From: an uncultured delta proteobacterium | Lineage (GTDB): Bacteria; Desulfobacterota; WTBG01; CAIYCZ01 | Direction of reading: 5' to 3' | Assembly (NCBI GenBank): GCA_903924805.1 | Contig: CAIYCZ010000015.1 | Span: 1-24,735, forward strand | DNA length: 24,735 nucleotides | Shown here: piece by piece, positions 24,734 to 24,735 of the stretch | How positions within the stretch are numbered: position 1 is the stretch's first letter | Layout: every line of letters starts with the position of its first letter | Program-made: the position numbers and the translations under genes | Notes under the pieces: generated by a model | What the model was told of the DNA's origin: nothing | The model's input: the letters and a program-made list of their open reading frames with translations, nothing else | Database searches by the model: none

Positions 24734-24735
24734 AA

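Noticed and set aside
1-24735. CRISPR array, transposase, integrase, rRNA or DnaA boxes
   Set aside because: I found no regularly spaced repeats, recombinase motifs, rRNA sequence or TTATCCACA match by eye.

Overview
About 18 kb of this window is a complete, intact division-and-cell-wall (dcw) cluster on the minus strand: mraZ-rsmH-ftsL-ftsI-murE-murF-mraY-murD-ftsW-murG-murC-murB-ddl-ftsQ-ftsA-ftsZ, followed by a radical SAM gene of unknown function. The gene order and trailing radical SAM gene suggest a deltaproteobacterium (Desulfobacterota-like); this is inference. The cluster starts at a near-consensus sigma70 promoter followed by three MraZ boxes. At the left edge a convergent NtrC/Fis-type regulator (5' end outside the window) has a degenerate AAA+ domain: no GAFTGA loop, and altered Walker B and sensor II. 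Divergent from mraZ are two uncharacterised envelope genes. One is a secreted SPOR + DUF4124-like + apparently inactive thermonuclease-fold fusion; the other is a membrane-anchored protein with about 10 TPRs. Together they are the best candidate for an undescribed system, possibly a lineage-specific divisome accessory module. The window ends with a REP-like element, tRNA-Arg(ACG), and an abrupt shift to about 22% GC DNA with TCTAAC repeats and the 3' end of a convergent ORF, consistent with a genomic island boundary. Several dcw intergenic gaps hold structured or repetitive elements, and two junctions (murE-murF, murC-murB) are in frame across a single UGA.
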